A stretch of 49,572 bases of DNA from an uncultured Chthoniobacter sp. (GTDB lineage Bacteria; Verrucomicrobiota; Verrucomicrobiia; Chthoniobacterales; Terrimicrobiaceae). The position numbers and the translations under genes were made by a program. This document shows, in pieces, positions 18,242-29,044 of the stretch. Positions within the stretch are counted from its first letter, which is position 1. Every line of letters starts with the position of its first letter. The stretch covers positions 1-49,572 of the forward strand of contig CAYOGR010000001.1 in NCBI GenBank assembly GCA_964403605.1, given 5' to 3'. The notes under the pieces are model-generated. The model made no database searches, was not told where the DNA came from, and saw nothing but the letters and a program-made list of their open reading frames with translations.

Positions 18242-18934
18242 TCAGGTTCCTGTTGCCTCCCCCTGCCTCGCGGTAATTGTCGTGAGCATCAGAACCCAGA
18301 AGGTTTGGATGAGCACCGCGACGGGGATCTGGAGCTGCGCAGGCATGGAGTAGATGCAGGCAACAGCCGGAATCCAGAAAGCCCAGCCGGCGATTTGGAC
18401 GGGAAGGACTTTTTCGGTGAGGAAATCGGGGGTGAAAATCGAGGCGGCGGTCGCGCGTGAAAACCGACCAGCCTGAAGGGTGAAGAAAACAACGCAGAGG
18501 ATATTTGCGAAAAATGGACTGTAGAGGAACTGATCCACGAGAATTTTAACCAGGATCGTCTGCCAATCATTGCCGGTGCCGAACCACGCATTTTGGCAGC
18601 GGTAGAAGAAGTCGACCATCATTCCCATGAAGCCGAGAAAAACCCCGGTGGCGGCGAATCTCCAGAAGTTGTCCAAGGTCGGCTTGCCACGCTGGAAAAA
18701 TACGATCTTCAACACCTCGGGCAGCAAGGCACCGGACAGCATGTAGGAGACAAAGGCGAAACCATAGCCGACCTCCTCCTTGATCTCCCCAACCCTCTGA
18801 AGAAAGGCGGAGGTGCCGTCGTGCAAAAGATACGCGGCGATGAAGCATCCCATGAGAAATTGCAGGAAAAGACCCGGCAGGAAATTCACGCGGGCGGCCC
18901 GGAGGCCGGTGGCAAGGGCTTCGCGCAGGTTCAC
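18242..18934 (-). CDS. Hypothetical polytopic membrane protein
   Basis: Several hydrophobic helices (FLPGLFLQFLMGCFIAAYLL, VFLGFMGMMVDFF, IAGWAFWIPAVACIY). A GTG at 18934 forms a GTGA overlap with the tilS stop. The track ORF extends to 19057, but that part lies inside tilS. Confidence 0.6.
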   Translation of the reverse strand: MNLREALATGLRAARVNFLPGLFLQFLMGCFIAAYLLHDGTSAFLQRVGEIKEEVGYGFAFVSYMLSGALLPEVLKIVFFQRGKPTLDNFWRFAATGVFLGFMGMMVDFFYRCQNAWFGTGNDWQTILVKILVDQFLYSPFFANILCVVFFTLQAGRFSRATAASIFTPDFLTEKVLPVQIAGWAFWIPAVACIYSMPAQLQIPVAVLIQTFWVLMLTTITARQGEATGT

Positions 18935-19911
18935 GGACGGCCTTTCTCCAGAAAAATCACGCCCGACCGGCGTCGGGCGTGGAGGTCGCCGGGAAGGTTG
19001 ATTTTCGCCGGTCCGTTGATGTCGAGAAGCGAGAGCACGCGCCGGGTTTCCTCCCAACCCGGCTCAAAAACTCCCCGCTCGCGGAGCCATCGCAGAACCG
19101 CGCGCCTTTGAATCGCGAGGGGCAGTGTGCGGAGTTGCTTGCAGGAAAGTGTCTCGCCGATTTCGGGAACCAGCGCGGAGAGGCACTCGTCCTCGGCCCG
19201 AAAAATCTCGGCGGCACGCGGGATGGTTTTCAGGAACGCAGGGCCGAGCGTCTTCTCGATGGCGGGTAGAACGACGAGGCGGAGCTTGTTGCGGGTATGG
19301 ACAGTTTCAAGATTCGACGCGTCCTCGCGGAAGGGAATGCGATGACGCTTTTGATAGGCGGCGATGTCGTTGCGGGAAAATCCAAGCATCGGTCGGCGGA
19401 GGGTCAGGTTGCCTTTTTTCGAAAGCGGCCGCATTCCTCCCAGGCCTGCGGAACCGCTTCCGCGAAGGAAATTGAAAAGACAGGTCTCGATCTGGTCATC
19501 CGCGTGGTGGGCCAACAAAAGCACACGGCTTTTGTGGCGCCTTGCGCATTCGGCAAAGAAGGCCTGCCGAAGCTCGCGCGCCGCGAGTTCCAGGGATTTG
19601 CGGTTCGCTTCGGCATAGTCACGCGTGGCGGCCCGGGCTGATTCAAGCGCGCATCCAAGCTTGGAGGCCTGCTTCGACACAAATACCGCATCGGCCCGCG
19701 ACGCCTTGCCACGCAGGCTGTGGTCGAGATGGCAAACGACGAGCTTTTCAAACCCCACAGCCCGGAGAGCGCACAGCAGGACCATCGAATCCCGCCCGCC
19801 GGATACACCGACGAGAAGTTTTTTTCTCTTGGAAACCCCGGCCATCGCCTGCTCCAAGGCAAGCTCCAGCGGGTCGGAGGGCTTCGGGTTATTTGGAGAT
19901 TTTGTCGGCAC
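18931..19911 (-). CDS. tilS: tRNA(Ile)-lysidine synthetase
   Basis: PP-loop motif [15 protein letters not shown], followed by [13 protein letters not shown]. Confidence 0.9.
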   Translation of the reverse strand: MPTKSPNNPKPSDPLELALEQAMAGVSKRKKLLVGVSGGRDSMVLLCALRAVGFEKLVVCHLDHSLRGKASRADAVFVSKQASKLGCALESARAATRDYAEANRKSLELAARELRQAFFAECARRHKSRVLLLAHHADDQIETCLFNFLRGSGSAGLGGMRPLSKKGNLTLRRPMLGFSRNDIAAYQKRHRIPFREDASNLETVHTRNKLRLVVLPAIEKTLGPAFLKTIPRAAEIFRAEDECLSALVPEIGETLSCKQLRTLPLAIQRRAVLRWLRERGVFEPGWEETRRVLSLLDINGPAKINLPGDLHARRRSGVIFLEKGRP

Positions 19912-21160
19912 CGAAGTAGGGCCTCAGCGCCTCGGGGACCAAAATCGAGCCATCGGGTTGCTGGAAGTTTTCCAGAATGGCGACATAGAGTCGGGCGAGG
20001 GCGGTTCCGGAGCCGTTGAGCGTGTGGCAGAAGCGGTTTTTGCCGTCCGCGGCCTTGTGGCGGAGATTCATGCGGCGGGCTTGGAAGTCCTCGAAATTCG
20101 AGCAACTCGAGACCTCCAGGTAGGCGCTCTGGCCCGGGGCCCAGACTTCGATGTCGTAGGTTTTGGCGGAGCCGAAGCCCATGTCACCGGTGCAAAGGAC
20201 GATCACGCGGTAGTGGAGTCCGAGCTTTTGCAGGACGCGCTCGGCGTCGGCGGTGAGGGATTCCAGTTCGGCGTTCGATTGCTCTGGCGCACAGATTTTG
20301 ACCAATTCGACCTTGTCGAACTGGTGCATGCGGATGAGGCCGCGGGTCTCGCGCCCCGCCGATCCGGCCTCGCGGCGGAAGCACGGGGTGTAGGCGGCAT
20401 ACTTGATGGGAAGCTGGGCGGCGTTGACGATTTCCTCGCGGTGGAGATTCGTCACGGGCACCTCGGCCGTGGGAACGAGGAAAAGTCCGCCCCCATCCAC
20501 GCCATACATGTCCTCTTCAAATTTGGGGAGCTGGCCGGTGCCGATCATGCAATCGCGACGGACGACGAATGGCGGGCTGACCTCGGTGTATCCGTGTTCG
20601 CGGGTGTGTAGATCGAGAAGAAAATTCAGCAACGCCCGCTCAAGCCGCGCGCCTAGGCCGGTATAAACAGCGAAACCGCTGCCGCTGATTTTTGTGGCTC
20701 GGTCGGGATCGATGAGGCCCAGCGACTCGGCGAGGGCCACATGGTCTTTGGGATTTTCGATCGCCGGTTTTTCGCCATGGGTGCGAATGACAGGATTGTC
20801 GGCGGCGTCTTTACCCGGAGGAACATCGGCCTGCGGAAGGTTTGGGAGGTTGAGAAGAATGTCGCGCTGTTTTTCCGAAAGAGCCTCGGCCTCGGCGGAA
20901 GCAGCTTCCATATCCCCGGAGATTTTTTTGACCTGCGCCTCAAGGTCGGTGGAGTCGAGCTTTTGGGCGCGGAGCCGGCCGATTTCCTTGCTTAGGCGGT
21001 TGCGGTCGCTTTGAAGCCCCTGCAGACGGGTCTCGGCGGAGCGGCGTTGGATGTCTATCGCAAGGATGGCGTCGATGGTTTCCCCGTGACCCGGGGCGCG
21101 GGCGGCGAGGCGGCTTTTGACAAGGTCGGGTTGCTCCCGAATGAGACGAATATCGAGCAT
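19889..21160 (-). CDS. serS: Seryl-tRNA synthetase
   Basis: [14 protein letters not shown] with an N-terminal coiled coil. Class II motifs [25 protein letters not shown] and GSGTALARL. The ATG at 21160 is chosen within track ORF ending at 21226. Confidence 0.95.
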   Translation of the reverse strand: MLDIRLIREQPDLVKSRLAARAPGHGETIDAILAIDIQRRSAETRLQGLQSDRNRLSKEIGRLRAQKLDSTDLEAQVKKISGDMEAASAEAEALSEKQRDILLNLPNLPQADVPPGKDAADNPVIRTHGEKPAIENPKDHVALAESLGLIDPDRATKISGSGFAVYTGLGARLERALLNFLLDLHTREHGYTEVSPPFVVRRDCMIGTGQLPKFEEDMYGVDGGGLFLVPTAEVPVTNLHREEIVNAAQLPIKYAAYTPCFRREAGSAGRETRGLIRMHQFDKVELVKICAPEQSNAELESLTADAERVLQKLGLHYRVIVLCTGDMGFGSAKTYDIEVWAPGQSAYLEVSSCSNFEDFQARRMNLRHKAADGKNRFCHTLNGSGTALARLYVAILENFQQPDGSILVPEALRPYFGADKISK

Positions 21161-21215
21161 GGGTTGGACAGGATGGGGAAAATCGGCAAGATGGGCGAAC
21201 CAAATTCGACTGCCG

Positions 21216-22148
21216 ATGTCCGCCAAGTTCCGCGACTACTACCAAACTCTCGGGGTTTCCAAAACCGCCACCGCCGCTGAAATCAAAAGCGCGTTCCGCA
21301 AGCTCGCGCGCCAACACCACCCCGACACGGCCAAAGACAAAAAAGTGGCCGAGGAGAAATTCAAGGAGATCAACGAAGCCTACGAGGTGCTTGGCGACCC
21401 CGAGAAACGCAAGCGCTACGACCAGTTCGGCGCGGATTGGCAGCACGGCCCGCCTCCACCGGCCGGGGGAGGATTCCAGCGCGCGGGTGGAGGATTTCGT
21501 CCCGGTCGCGCAGGCCAGGCCGGCGAGGAGGAGTTTTCCTTCGGGGGAACCGGCTTCAGCGATTTTTTCGAACAGATGTTCGGAGGCCGCCGTGGCCGGG
21601 GAGGATTCGAGGATTCGCCCCAACGCGGTCAGGATGTCGAGGCCGATATCATGGTCACTCTCGAGGAAGCTTTGAACGGATCGACCCGCCAGATTTCCTT
21701 CCGCCGCGGATCTTCAAAAAAACTCGAGACCTACACGGTTAAAATCCCGAAAGGCATCCGCGAGGGCCAACGCATCCGGCTCGCCGGCCAGGGCGGAAGC
21801 GGAGCGGGCGGAGCGGGAGCGGGCGATTTGTATCTGCGGGTGAAATTCCAGCGCCATCCCGATTTTGAAATCGAGGGGAGCAATCTCCTCTATGACCTGG
21901 AGATTCCAGCCTGGGACGCGGTTCTCGGTTGCAGCGTGACCGTTCCGACCCTCGGAGGGCGCATCAAACTCAAGATTCCACCGGGAACGCAAAGCGGGAA
22001 AAAATTCCGCATTCCCGGCATGGGACTGCCGGAGGGCGCTGCCAAACGCGGCGATCTCCACGCCATCGTTGGAATCATCGTTCCCGAAAACCCCTCCCCC
22101 GAGGAAAAAGCCCTCTGGGAGCAGATTGAGGCGTTGAACAGGGCTTAG
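21216..22148 (+). CDS. DnaJ-class co-chaperone without zinc-finger domain (CbpA-like)
   Basis: J domain [35 protein letters not shown], a G/F-rich linker, then two beta-sandwich C-terminal domains. There are no CxxCxGxG repeats. Confidence 0.9.
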   Translation: MSAKFRDYYQTLGVSKTATAAEIKSAFRKLARQHHPDTAKDKKVAEEKFKEINEAYEVLGDPEKRKRYDQFGADWQHGPPPPAGGGFQRAGGGFRPGRAGQAGEEEFSFGGTGFSDFFEQMFGGRRGRGGFEDSPQRGQDVEADIMVTLEEALNGSTRQISFRRGSSKKLETYTVKIPKGIREGQRIRLAGQGGSGAGGAGAGDLYLRVKFQRHPDFEIEGSNLLYDLEIPAWDAVLGCSVTVPTLGGRIKLKIPPGTQSGKKFRIPGMGLPEGAAKRGDLHAIVGIIVPENPSPEEKALWEQIEALNRA

Positions 22149-22813
22149 AGGGTGGAAGCGGGCCGCAGGACGGGCGACTCCGGGGTTTCTCCGAATTCCC
22201 CCCTTTGCAGGTAGGCGCGGTAGCGCTCGAGGATGGAACGCAGGTATTGCCGCGTTGTGGGAAAATCCATCGCGCGCCTCAGGCCTTCGGCCGTCGGCAA
22301 TCCCTCCTGGGCGGAATTACGCTCCCAGCGCTTCACACGCGAGCGACCGGCATTGTATTCGGCGAGAGCGAAAGGAACGGGATCGTCCTTGTCCCGCCAA
22401 TGCCTCAAGGCCCGCGCCAGATACCAGGCGCCGGCATCGAGGTTGGTCTTGGGATCGAAAAGATCGGTTGGAACAAAGGTTTCGATTTTTTCGGACACCA
22501 TCCAATCCGTTGCGGCGGGTTCTGTGATTTGCATGAGACCCCGCTCGCCGTGGGCGCCGACCATCCGGGGCTGGAATCTTGATTCCCGCCAGACGACGGC
22601 CTTCACCAGCGAAGGGCTCACACCGTGCCGGGCGGCGGCTTGTTCGATGAGGGTGTCGTAGCGCCGAAAGCGCGATGAGAAAAGGAACTCCTGGAGGGCA
22701 TAGTCCGCGCTGGCGCTTCCCCGGATGAATACAAAGGCGCCGACGCCGAGAAGGATCAATAGAACAGCCCCACCCGAGAGCACGAGACTCCGGCCGATAA
22801 TCCGGCGGCTCAC
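22145..22813 (-). CDS. Lytic transglycosylase (SLT domain) with N-terminal membrane anchor
   Basis: VVWRESRFQP (catalytic Glu), GLMQI and AEYNAG motifs, with an N-terminal TM helix. Confidence 0.85.
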   Translation of the reverse strand: MSRRIIGRSLVLSGGAVLLILLGVGAFVFIRGSASADYALQEFLFSSRFRRYDTLIEQAAARHGVSPSLVKAVVWRESRFQPRMVGAHGERGLMQITEPAATDWMVSEKIETFVPTDLFDPKTNLDAGAWYLARALRHWRDKDDPVPFALAEYNAGRSRVKRWERNSAQEGLPTAEGLRRAMDFPTTRQYLRSILERYRAYLQRGEFGETPESPVLRPASTL

Positions 22814-23490
22814 TCGTTGTGGGCGATGAAGTTTGCGATATCGAGAACACTGCCCGAGAAGGCCATGATCTCCCCGGCGCGTAGCTTGCGGTCCGGCTCG
22901 GGAACGGCATTGAAGGACTTCACCACTGTGGTTCCATCCTCGGCCGTCTCCACGGTTTTGAGAGCAATCAGGTTGATACGGAATTTGCGGCGAAGGTCGA
23001 GTTCCTGGATGGATTTCCCGACGATCGCGGCGGGCACGGCGATCTCGACGATGCTGAATCCATCGGCCAGCTCGAAGTAGTTCGTCATATCGCGAATCAA
23101 GAGGCGCTGAACAATCCAGCGTGCGGCTTCCTCCTCGGGATTGAAAACATCATCGGCCCCGATGGCTTTCAGCACCTTCTTGTGGTCGGGCGTGGTGGCG
23201 CGGGCCACGATGCGGGAAATTCCACGCTGCTTCGCGTGCACGACCAACATCACCTGGGCCTCGAAATTGTTCGAGATTCCGGCGATCAGGACATCCACAT
23301 CGCCGATGCCGTGCATGTTCAGGGCCTCGCTGTGGCTGGCATCAAGACAGACCGCGAGGGCCACATGGTCTTTCACCGCCTTGACGCGCTCCATATCGAT
23401 ATCCACCGCGATGACCTCCGCGCCGCGGCGGGCGAGGCCGAGCGCCGTGGATGTTCCGAATTCGCCTAGACCAACAACTGTGTATTTCAT
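22810..23490 (-). CDS. TrkA/KtrA-type potassium uptake regulatory subunit (RCK N plus C domains)
   Basis: MKYTVVGLGEFGTSTALGLARRGAEVIAVDID Rossmann motif. The 226-aa size is typical of KtrA. Lies directly downstream of the TrkH/KtrB gene. Confidence 0.9.
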   Translation of the reverse strand: MKYTVVGLGEFGTSTALGLARRGAEVIAVDIDMERVKAVKDHVALAVCLDASHSEALNMHGIGDVDVLIAGISNNFEAQVMLVVHAKQRGISRIVARATTPDHKKVLKAIGADDVFNPEEEAARWIVQRLLIRDMTNYFELADGFSIVEIAVPAAIVGKSIQELDLRRKFRINLIALKTVETAEDGTTVVKSFNAVPEPDRKLRAGEIMAFSGSVLDIANFIAHNE

Positions 23491-23514
23491 GATTTTCTAT
23501 CCTGGGTGGGGACT

Positions 23515-25362
23515 TTAGCCGACAACGACATCCTCTTCGGGAAATTCATAATCCAGCGAACGGGTGCTTTGGAAGACGGACAAGACCATGGCAATCGGCC
23601 CGATGCGGCCGATCCACATCATGGCGCAGAGGACGAGTTTTCCTCCATCGGAGAGCCCCGCCGTGATCCCCGTGCTCAGCCCAACCGTGCTCAAGGCTGA
23701 AAAACACTCGAAAGCCACATCCCTCAAGGGAACCCCGGGGTCGAAATACGAAACCAGAATCAGCCCTGTGATCGCGGCGACCATGTAAAGTTGGAACACA
23801 TTCAGCGCGGAAATCACGACGCGGAAGGGGATCGAACGGCCAAAGGCCTCGATGCGGCTGTTCCCGCACAACATGGCCCGGAGTGCCAGGGCGAGAACCG
23901 CAAAAGTCACCGTCTTGATGCCTCCCGAGGTCGAGACGGGGCAACCCCCGATGACCATCAGGAAAATCACCGCAAACAGCGTGGCGTTTTGAAGCTCCGC
24001 GAAGTTCACCGTGTTGAAACCCGCCGTGCGCGTCGTGATCGATTGGAAAAGGGCGGTGGTGAATGCGTCGAACACTCCCAAGCCCCGAAGAACATGGGAG
24101 CTTTCAAAAAGCCAGAAAACCGCGGTGCCCGAGACCAGTAAAAAAAGGGTGGTGACAAGTGACAAACGCGACTGCACCGAGAATCGAGTCTTGGAAACCA
24201 AGGATCGCGGATTCCGAAGCTTTTTGAAACGGCTCAAAAGCACGGAAAAAATTTCCGGAATCACCAGAAAACCAAGGCTGCCGACAACAATGAGAACCAT
24301 GATGGTGTAAAGCACTCCGAAATTGGTCGAAAAGGACTCCAAGCTGTCTGTATGGAAGCCCATCCCTGCGTTGCAAAATGCCGAGATGGAATGGAAGACA
24401 GCCCACCTGAGACGGTCCACCGGCGAGTCGCCATAGTCCACGAAAGCGTAAAGCAAGGCGGCACCCACGGCCTCCACCAGGATCGTGATGGCCACCACGC
24501 CGATGACGAGGCCTCGAAGGTCGCCCAAAGCGGGCGCGTTGATGATCCTCCGGAAAGCCACCATCTGCTGAACCGGCAGGGTTTTGTTTGATAGGCTGGA
24601 AACAAGAGCCACGAAAGTGACCACGCCAAGCCCCCCGATCTGGATCAGCACGAGGAGGACGGTTTGCCCGAAGATGCTGAAATCGCTTCCAATATCCCTG
24701 ACGACAAGTCCCGTCACACTGGTCGCGCTCGTGGCCATGAAGATCGCGTCCACCCAAGGCATCGGCTCCACCCCGCTTGCCATGGCATTGGGAAGTTTCA
24801 AGAGGCAGGCCCCCATCGCAATGATTGCCAAAAACGAACCCGCCAGAAGAATCTCGGGACGCCACCCCCGGGAAAGAATCGATTCCATTCCGCGCAGGAC
24901 TTGCAGCATCAGGCATCCGACCAGAAACATCCTCACCGTCCACAAAAACAAACTCCCCGCCGGTATCGCCAACTCCCCCGCCAGCATCTGCCGCAGGGAC
25001 ACAGGCAGGAAAACCAGCGCCAACAGCACCAGGAGGCCAACCCCGAGAAGAATCCATTCCGCCCGACGATAGCGGAGCGCCGCGCCGGGAGCGGATGCCA
25101 AGGCCATTTCGGATAACCAAAGGGCCCCGTAGGCGCAGGCAAGAATGACATCCAGACGCTCAAAAAACCTGGCCGTCGCCGTCGGCAAGGGAAACCCGCC
25201 CCCGGCGATCAACGACGCCGCAGCCAGAAAAGCCAGCAAGACCGAGACCCGCCCCTGCCAGGGCCGTCCCCATCGGCGTTCGGCAAACTCTTTGGAATTC
25301 ATTCGATGATTCGCGCCATGATCCCGCAGTGGATTCCGGTGACGAGAAAAATCCTGCGCCAC
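23515..25362 (-). CDS. TrkH/KtrB family potassium transporter
   Basis: Polytopic protein with repeated pore-loop-like segments (TSATSVTGL, CNAGMG, TRTAGFNT, STVGLSTG). The ATG at 25302 (MNSKEF) is an alternative to the GTG at 25362. Confidence 0.9.
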   Translation of the reverse strand: MAQDFSRHRNPLRDHGANHRMNSKEFAERRWGRPWQGRVSVLLAFLAAASLIAGGGFPLPTATARFFERLDVILACAYGALWLSEMALASAPGAALRYRRAEWILLGVGLLVLLALVFLPVSLRQMLAGELAIPAGSLFLWTVRMFLVGCLMLQVLRGMESILSRGWRPEILLAGSFLAIIAMGACLLKLPNAMASGVEPMPWVDAIFMATSATSVTGLVVRDIGSDFSIFGQTVLLVLIQIGGLGVVTFVALVSSLSNKTLPVQQMVAFRRIINAPALGDLRGLVIGVVAITILVEAVGAALLYAFVDYGDSPVDRLRWAVFHSISAFCNAGMGFHTDSLESFSTNFGVLYTIMVLIVVGSLGFLVIPEIFSVLLSRFKKLRNPRSLVSKTRFSVQSRLSLVTTLFLLVSGTAVFWLFESSHVLRGLGVFDAFTTALFQSITTRTAGFNTVNFAELQNATLFAVIFLMVIGGCPVSTSGGIKTVTFAVLALALRAMLCGNSRIEAFGRSIPFRVVISALNVFQLYMVAAITGLILVSYFDPGVPLRDVAFECFSALSTVGLSTGITAGLSDGGKLVLCAMMWIGRIGPIAMVLSVFQSTRSLDYEFPEEDVVVG

Positions 25363-25427
25363 CCCTGCTCAATGGGCTCCTGTTTTTTCTGGATCAACAA
25401 CCGTCGGCTCCCCATTGTTCGCGCCCT

Positions 25428-26345
25428 ATGTCCGTTCTTATCGTTGGCTCCATCGCGCTGGATGACATCAAAACCCAGCTTGCCGAACACAAAAACCTGC
25501 TCGGAGGCTCGGCCTCCTACGGCGCCGTCTCCGCTTCGAATTTCTCACCCGTGAGCCTTGTGGGCATCGTCGGCGAGGATTTCCCGAAGGAGCACATCGA
25601 CCTCTTCCGCCAACGCCGCATCGATCTCGACGGCCTCCAGGTCGTGCCCGGCAAAACCTTCCGCTGGTCGGGCGAATACATGTGGGACATGAACACCCGC
25701 GAGACGCGCTCGGTGGAGTTGAATGTTTTCGAAACCTTCACCCCCACCCTGCCGAATGGCTACCGCGACACGCCCATCGTCCTGCTCGCAAACATCGCGC
25801 CGGATTTACAGAACCATGTCCTCGACCAGGTCAGCCAGCCCCGCTTCGTGATTGCGGACACAATGGATCTCTGGATCAACATCGCCAAAGACTCGCTCAC
25901 CCGCCTGATCGGTCGCGTGGACATGCTCATCCTCAACGATGGCGAAGCCCGCCAATTCACAGGCGAAACGAGCCTCATCAAGGCCGGCAAAAAAATCCGC
26001 GACATGGGGCCCGCCTATGTCGCCATTAAAAAAGGCGAGCACGGGTGCTTGTTGTTCGGACCCGAGGCCGGGTTTTTCAGCTGCCCGGCGTTTCCACTCG
26101 AGGACATCCACGACCCCACCGGCGCGGGTGACACCTTCGCCGGCGGCCTCGCAGGATATCTCGCGGCCCACGCCGGATCGGGCGTCACTTTTGAGATTCT
26201 CAAAAAAGCCGTCGTCTATGGCAGCGTTCTCGCCAGCTACAATGTCGAAGCCTTCAGCCTCGAGCGGCTCAAAACCGTGGACAACGCCCAAATCGAATCC
26301 CGCTACGACCTCTTCCGCCGGATCTCGCAGTTCGAGAGGATTTGA
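25428..26345 (+). CDS. PfkB-family carbohydrate/nucleoside kinase (ribokinase-like)
   Basis: MSVLIVGSIALDDI...GGSASYGA at the N-terminus and the C-terminal anion-hole motif DPTGAGDTFAGG. Confidence 0.85.
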   Translation: MSVLIVGSIALDDIKTQLAEHKNLLGGSASYGAVSASNFSPVSLVGIVGEDFPKEHIDLFRQRRIDLDGLQVVPGKTFRWSGEYMWDMNTRETRSVELNVFETFTPTLPNGYRDTPIVLLANIAPDLQNHVLDQVSQPRFVIADTMDLWINIAKDSLTRLIGRVDMLILNDGEARQFTGETSLIKAGKKIRDMGPAYVAIKKGEHGCLLFGPEAGFFSCPAFPLEDIHDPTGAGDTFAGGLAGYLAAHAGSGVTFEILKKAVVYGSVLASYNVEAFSLERLKTVDNAQIESRYDLFRRISQFERI

Positions 26346-26349
26346 ACTG

Positions 26350-26619
26350 CTACGCCTTCACCGAAGGCGCGCGATAATACACTGCGGTGTGGCCGACTTG
26401 CTGCACCAGCATGGCTCCGGTTTTTTCGGCGAGTTCCTTGGAGAGCGTCTTGCGCTCGTCCTTGAAACCCTCGAATCGCATTTTCACGAGGCCGTGAAGA
26501 TCCAGCAATTTTCCCAGCTCCGCCAAAAACTCGGACGAGGCACCGGCTTTTCCGAGTTTGATGGTGGGCTTCAGCGTTTGCGCCCGGCTTTTGAGTTCGC
26601 TGAGTTTGGGAATACTCAC
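26350..26619 (-). CDS. yhbY: YhbY-like CRM-domain RNA-binding protein (ribosome assembly)
   Basis: LSELKSRAQTLKPTIKLGKAGASSEFLAEL...HGLVKMRF...VQQVGHTAVYYR. The GTG at 26619 forms a GTGA overlap with the cimA stop. Confidence 0.75.
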   Translation of the reverse strand: MSIPKLSELKSRAQTLKPTIKLGKAGASSEFLAELGKLLDLHGLVKMRFEGFKDERKTLSKELAEKTGAMLVQQVGHTAVYYRAPSVKA

Positions 26620-28184
26620 TTGGCACTCCCGGCGCGTGTGGCGAAGAACTCGTAGCTGTCCACCAAAGCGAGCCAACTCGCCTCGATGATGTTGTCGGAA
26701 ACTCCGACCGTTCCCCAGGTGGTGGTCCCATCGGTGGAAACAATCAGCACACGGGTTTTCGCGGCGGTGCCGCGGGAGCCGTCGATGATCCGGACCTTGT
26801 AGTCGGCCAACCGCACCGAATCGATCCAGGAGTAAAATGGTCGCAGCGCCTTTCGCAGAGCCGCATCGAGTGCATTCACCGGACCATCGCCCTCCTCCAC
26901 CGTGTATTCCGGCGTGCCGTTCACCTGCACCTTGACCGTGGCCTCGCAGGTCGTGAATTGATGATCCTGCGATTGCCGAAACGAGCAGTGGTATTCCTTG
27001 AGGTCGAAAAGTCGCGTGTGGCGGCCGAGCGTGCGCCGGATCAGCAAATCAAACGACGCATCGGCGGCCTCGAACTCGTAGCCGAGCGCCTCGGTCTCCT
27101 TCACTTTTTTGAGAATCGAAGCCACCTCCGGCGCGCCTTTTTGGAAATTGAAACCAAGCTCGGCGGCCTTCGCGAGGATGTTGCTCTGGCCGGCCATATC
27201 GGAGACGAGGATCGTCTGGGAGTTTCCGACCAGCGTTGGATCCATGTGTTCGTAGCTGCGGGCGATTTTTTGCACCGCATGAACATGCAGCCCGCCCTTG
27301 TGGGTGAACGCGGCCGGGCCGACATAGGGGGCGCGGATGTCTTGGGGAACATTCGCCAACTCGTCCACGAAGCGCGAGACCTCGCGGAGTTGCGCGAGAT
27401 CGGGCACGCAGGGCAGGCCCATCTTGACCTGAAGCGTGGGAATCGCCGTGGTGAGGTTGCAATTCCCGACCCTCTCCCCGTAGCCGTTCATCGTTCCCTG
27501 AACTTGGCAGGCTCCGGCCCGCACCGCCGCCAGGGCGTTTGCGACACCCAAGCCGCAATCGTTGTGGGTGTGGATGCCGACCGGACACTTCAAATCCGCC
27601 AGAACCTCGGCGGTGATACGGCCGATTTCCTCGGGGAGTGAACCGCCATTGGTGTCACAAAGAACCAGCACATCGGCCCCGGCGTCGCGGGCGGCGCGGA
27701 GTGTGGCGAGGGAATAATCGGGGTCGTCCTTGTAACTGTCGAAAAAATGTTCCGCATCGTAGAACACCTCGCGGCCATGTTTTTTGAGGAACGCCACGGT
27801 GTCGGCGATCATGGCGAGGTTTTCATCGGGATCGACATTCAGCACCTGGGTGACATGCAGCAGCCAGGTTTTGCCCACGATCGTGACAACCGGCGTCTTT
27901 GCATCCAAAAGCATCCGCACCTGGGCGTCGGCATCGACGGCCATTCCTCCGCGGCGCGTGCTGCCGAACGCGGCGATCTTGGCGTTTTTCCACTCCAGCT
28001 TGGCGGCCTCGTTGAAAAACGCGGCATCGCGGGGATTCGATCCCGGCCATCCCCCCTCGATGTAATCGACGCCAAACGCATCGAGCCTCTGGGCGACGCG
28101 AATCTTGTCGAGGATCGAAAAAGAAATTCCCGTGCCCTGCGTGCCGTCGCGCAGCGTGGTGTCGTAGATCGTAACCGGTTTCAT
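26616..28184 (-). CDS. cimA: (R)-citramalate synthase (LeuA/CimA family, long form with regulatory domain)
   Basis: MKPVTIYDTTLRDGTQGTGISFS...DYIEGGWPGSNPRD and HTHNDCGLGVAN motifs. The N-terminus is typical of the CimA clade. Confidence 0.85.
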   Translation of the reverse strand: MKPVTIYDTTLRDGTQGTGISFSILDKIRVAQRLDAFGVDYIEGGWPGSNPRDAAFFNEAAKLEWKNAKIAAFGSTRRGGMAVDADAQVRMLLDAKTPVVTIVGKTWLLHVTQVLNVDPDENLAMIADTVAFLKKHGREVFYDAEHFFDSYKDDPDYSLATLRAARDAGADVLVLCDTNGGSLPEEIGRITAEVLADLKCPVGIHTHNDCGLGVANALAAVRAGACQVQGTMNGYGERVGNCNLTTAIPTLQVKMGLPCVPDLAQLREVSRFVDELANVPQDIRAPYVGPAAFTHKGGLHVHAVQKIARSYEHMDPTLVGNSQTILVSDMAGQSNILAKAAELGFNFQKGAPEVASILKKVKETEALGYEFEAADASFDLLIRRTLGRHTRLFDLKEYHCSFRQSQDHQFTTCEATVKVQVNGTPEYTVEEGDGPVNALDAALRKALRPFYSWIDSVRLADYKVRIIDGSRGTAAKTRVLIVSTDGTTTWGTVGVSDNIIEASWLALVDSYEFFATRAGSAK

Positions 28185-28282
28185 GAGTGGGCGGCCACCC
28201 TATGCCCGCCGTGCAGCCGGATCAAGAACGCGGGCAGGGCCATCTTGACCTGGGCACCGGACAAAACGCATGATCCGAAATC

Positions 28283-29044
28283 TTGAATACCTATTCCTCG
28301 TCCGATTGGGACATCGATTTTCTGGCCGAAAACCAAGTGGTCCGCTCGAAAGATTTCGGCATGACCAAGGAAGCCAAAAGCGTCCGCTACCCCATCCGCC
28401 TCCTGCGCTACTGGTTCGGCTACCAACTTCTGCGAGAGGAAAGCCAACGCGTCGCCCGTCCGATCGATGTGGCGGAGATCGGCGTGCATGTCGGCCAGAT
28501 GCTTGAATTCGTCAAATCCGCACCCGCGCGCATCGACATCGGTTGCTGGACGGCTGTCGATGCCGTGATGCGACGGGATCGCCTCGCTCAAGCGGGCTAC
28601 ACGGATTTTCAAGAAGCCAACCTCGAGGACGCCGGTTTCGCCCTGCAGCGGGACTACGACACGGCCATTCTCCTGCATGTGCTGGAGCACCTGTTCGAGC
28701 CCGAGAAGGTTTTGAAAAAAATCGCCGCTGCGATTCGTCCCGGCGGTTCCTTGATCGGAGGATTTCCCGTCGTCCCCGGGCCCCTGGCAGGAATCCGCGA
28801 AAGCCAGGTTCGCAAAACTGCAAAGCCCATGGGGCATGTGAGCGTCTTCTCACCCGGCCGTGTCCGCCGCATGGCGGAAGAGGCAGGTCTGAAAGTCGAA
28901 TTCCTAAGCGGTGCCTTCCTCATGCGCAGTAAAGGCAGCGCGCTCGAAAACTCCGCCGCATGGATGCGCTTCAACATCGCTTGGGGCCACCTCTTTCCGG
29001 GATGGCCGGGGGAAATCTACTGGCTGATGCGCAAGCCGGCCTGA
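28283..29044 (+). CDS. Class I SAM-dependent methyltransferase
   Basis: ILLHVLEHLFEPEKVLKKIAAAIRPGGSLIGGFP is typical of Methyltransf_11/23. The start is uncertain (TTG at 28283 or ATG at 28361). Confidence 0.75.
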   Translation: MNTYSSSDWDIDFLAENQVVRSKDFGMTKEAKSVRYPIRLLRYWFGYQLLREESQRVARPIDVAEIGVHVGQMLEFVKSAPARIDIGCWTAVDAVMRRDRLAQAGYTDFQEANLEDAGFALQRDYDTAILLHVLEHLFEPEKVLKKIAAAIRPGGSLIGGFPVVPGPLAGIRESQVRKTAKPMGHVSVFSPGRVRRMAEEAGLKVEFLSGAFLMRSKGSALENSAAWMRFNIAWGHLFPGWPGEIYWLMRKPA

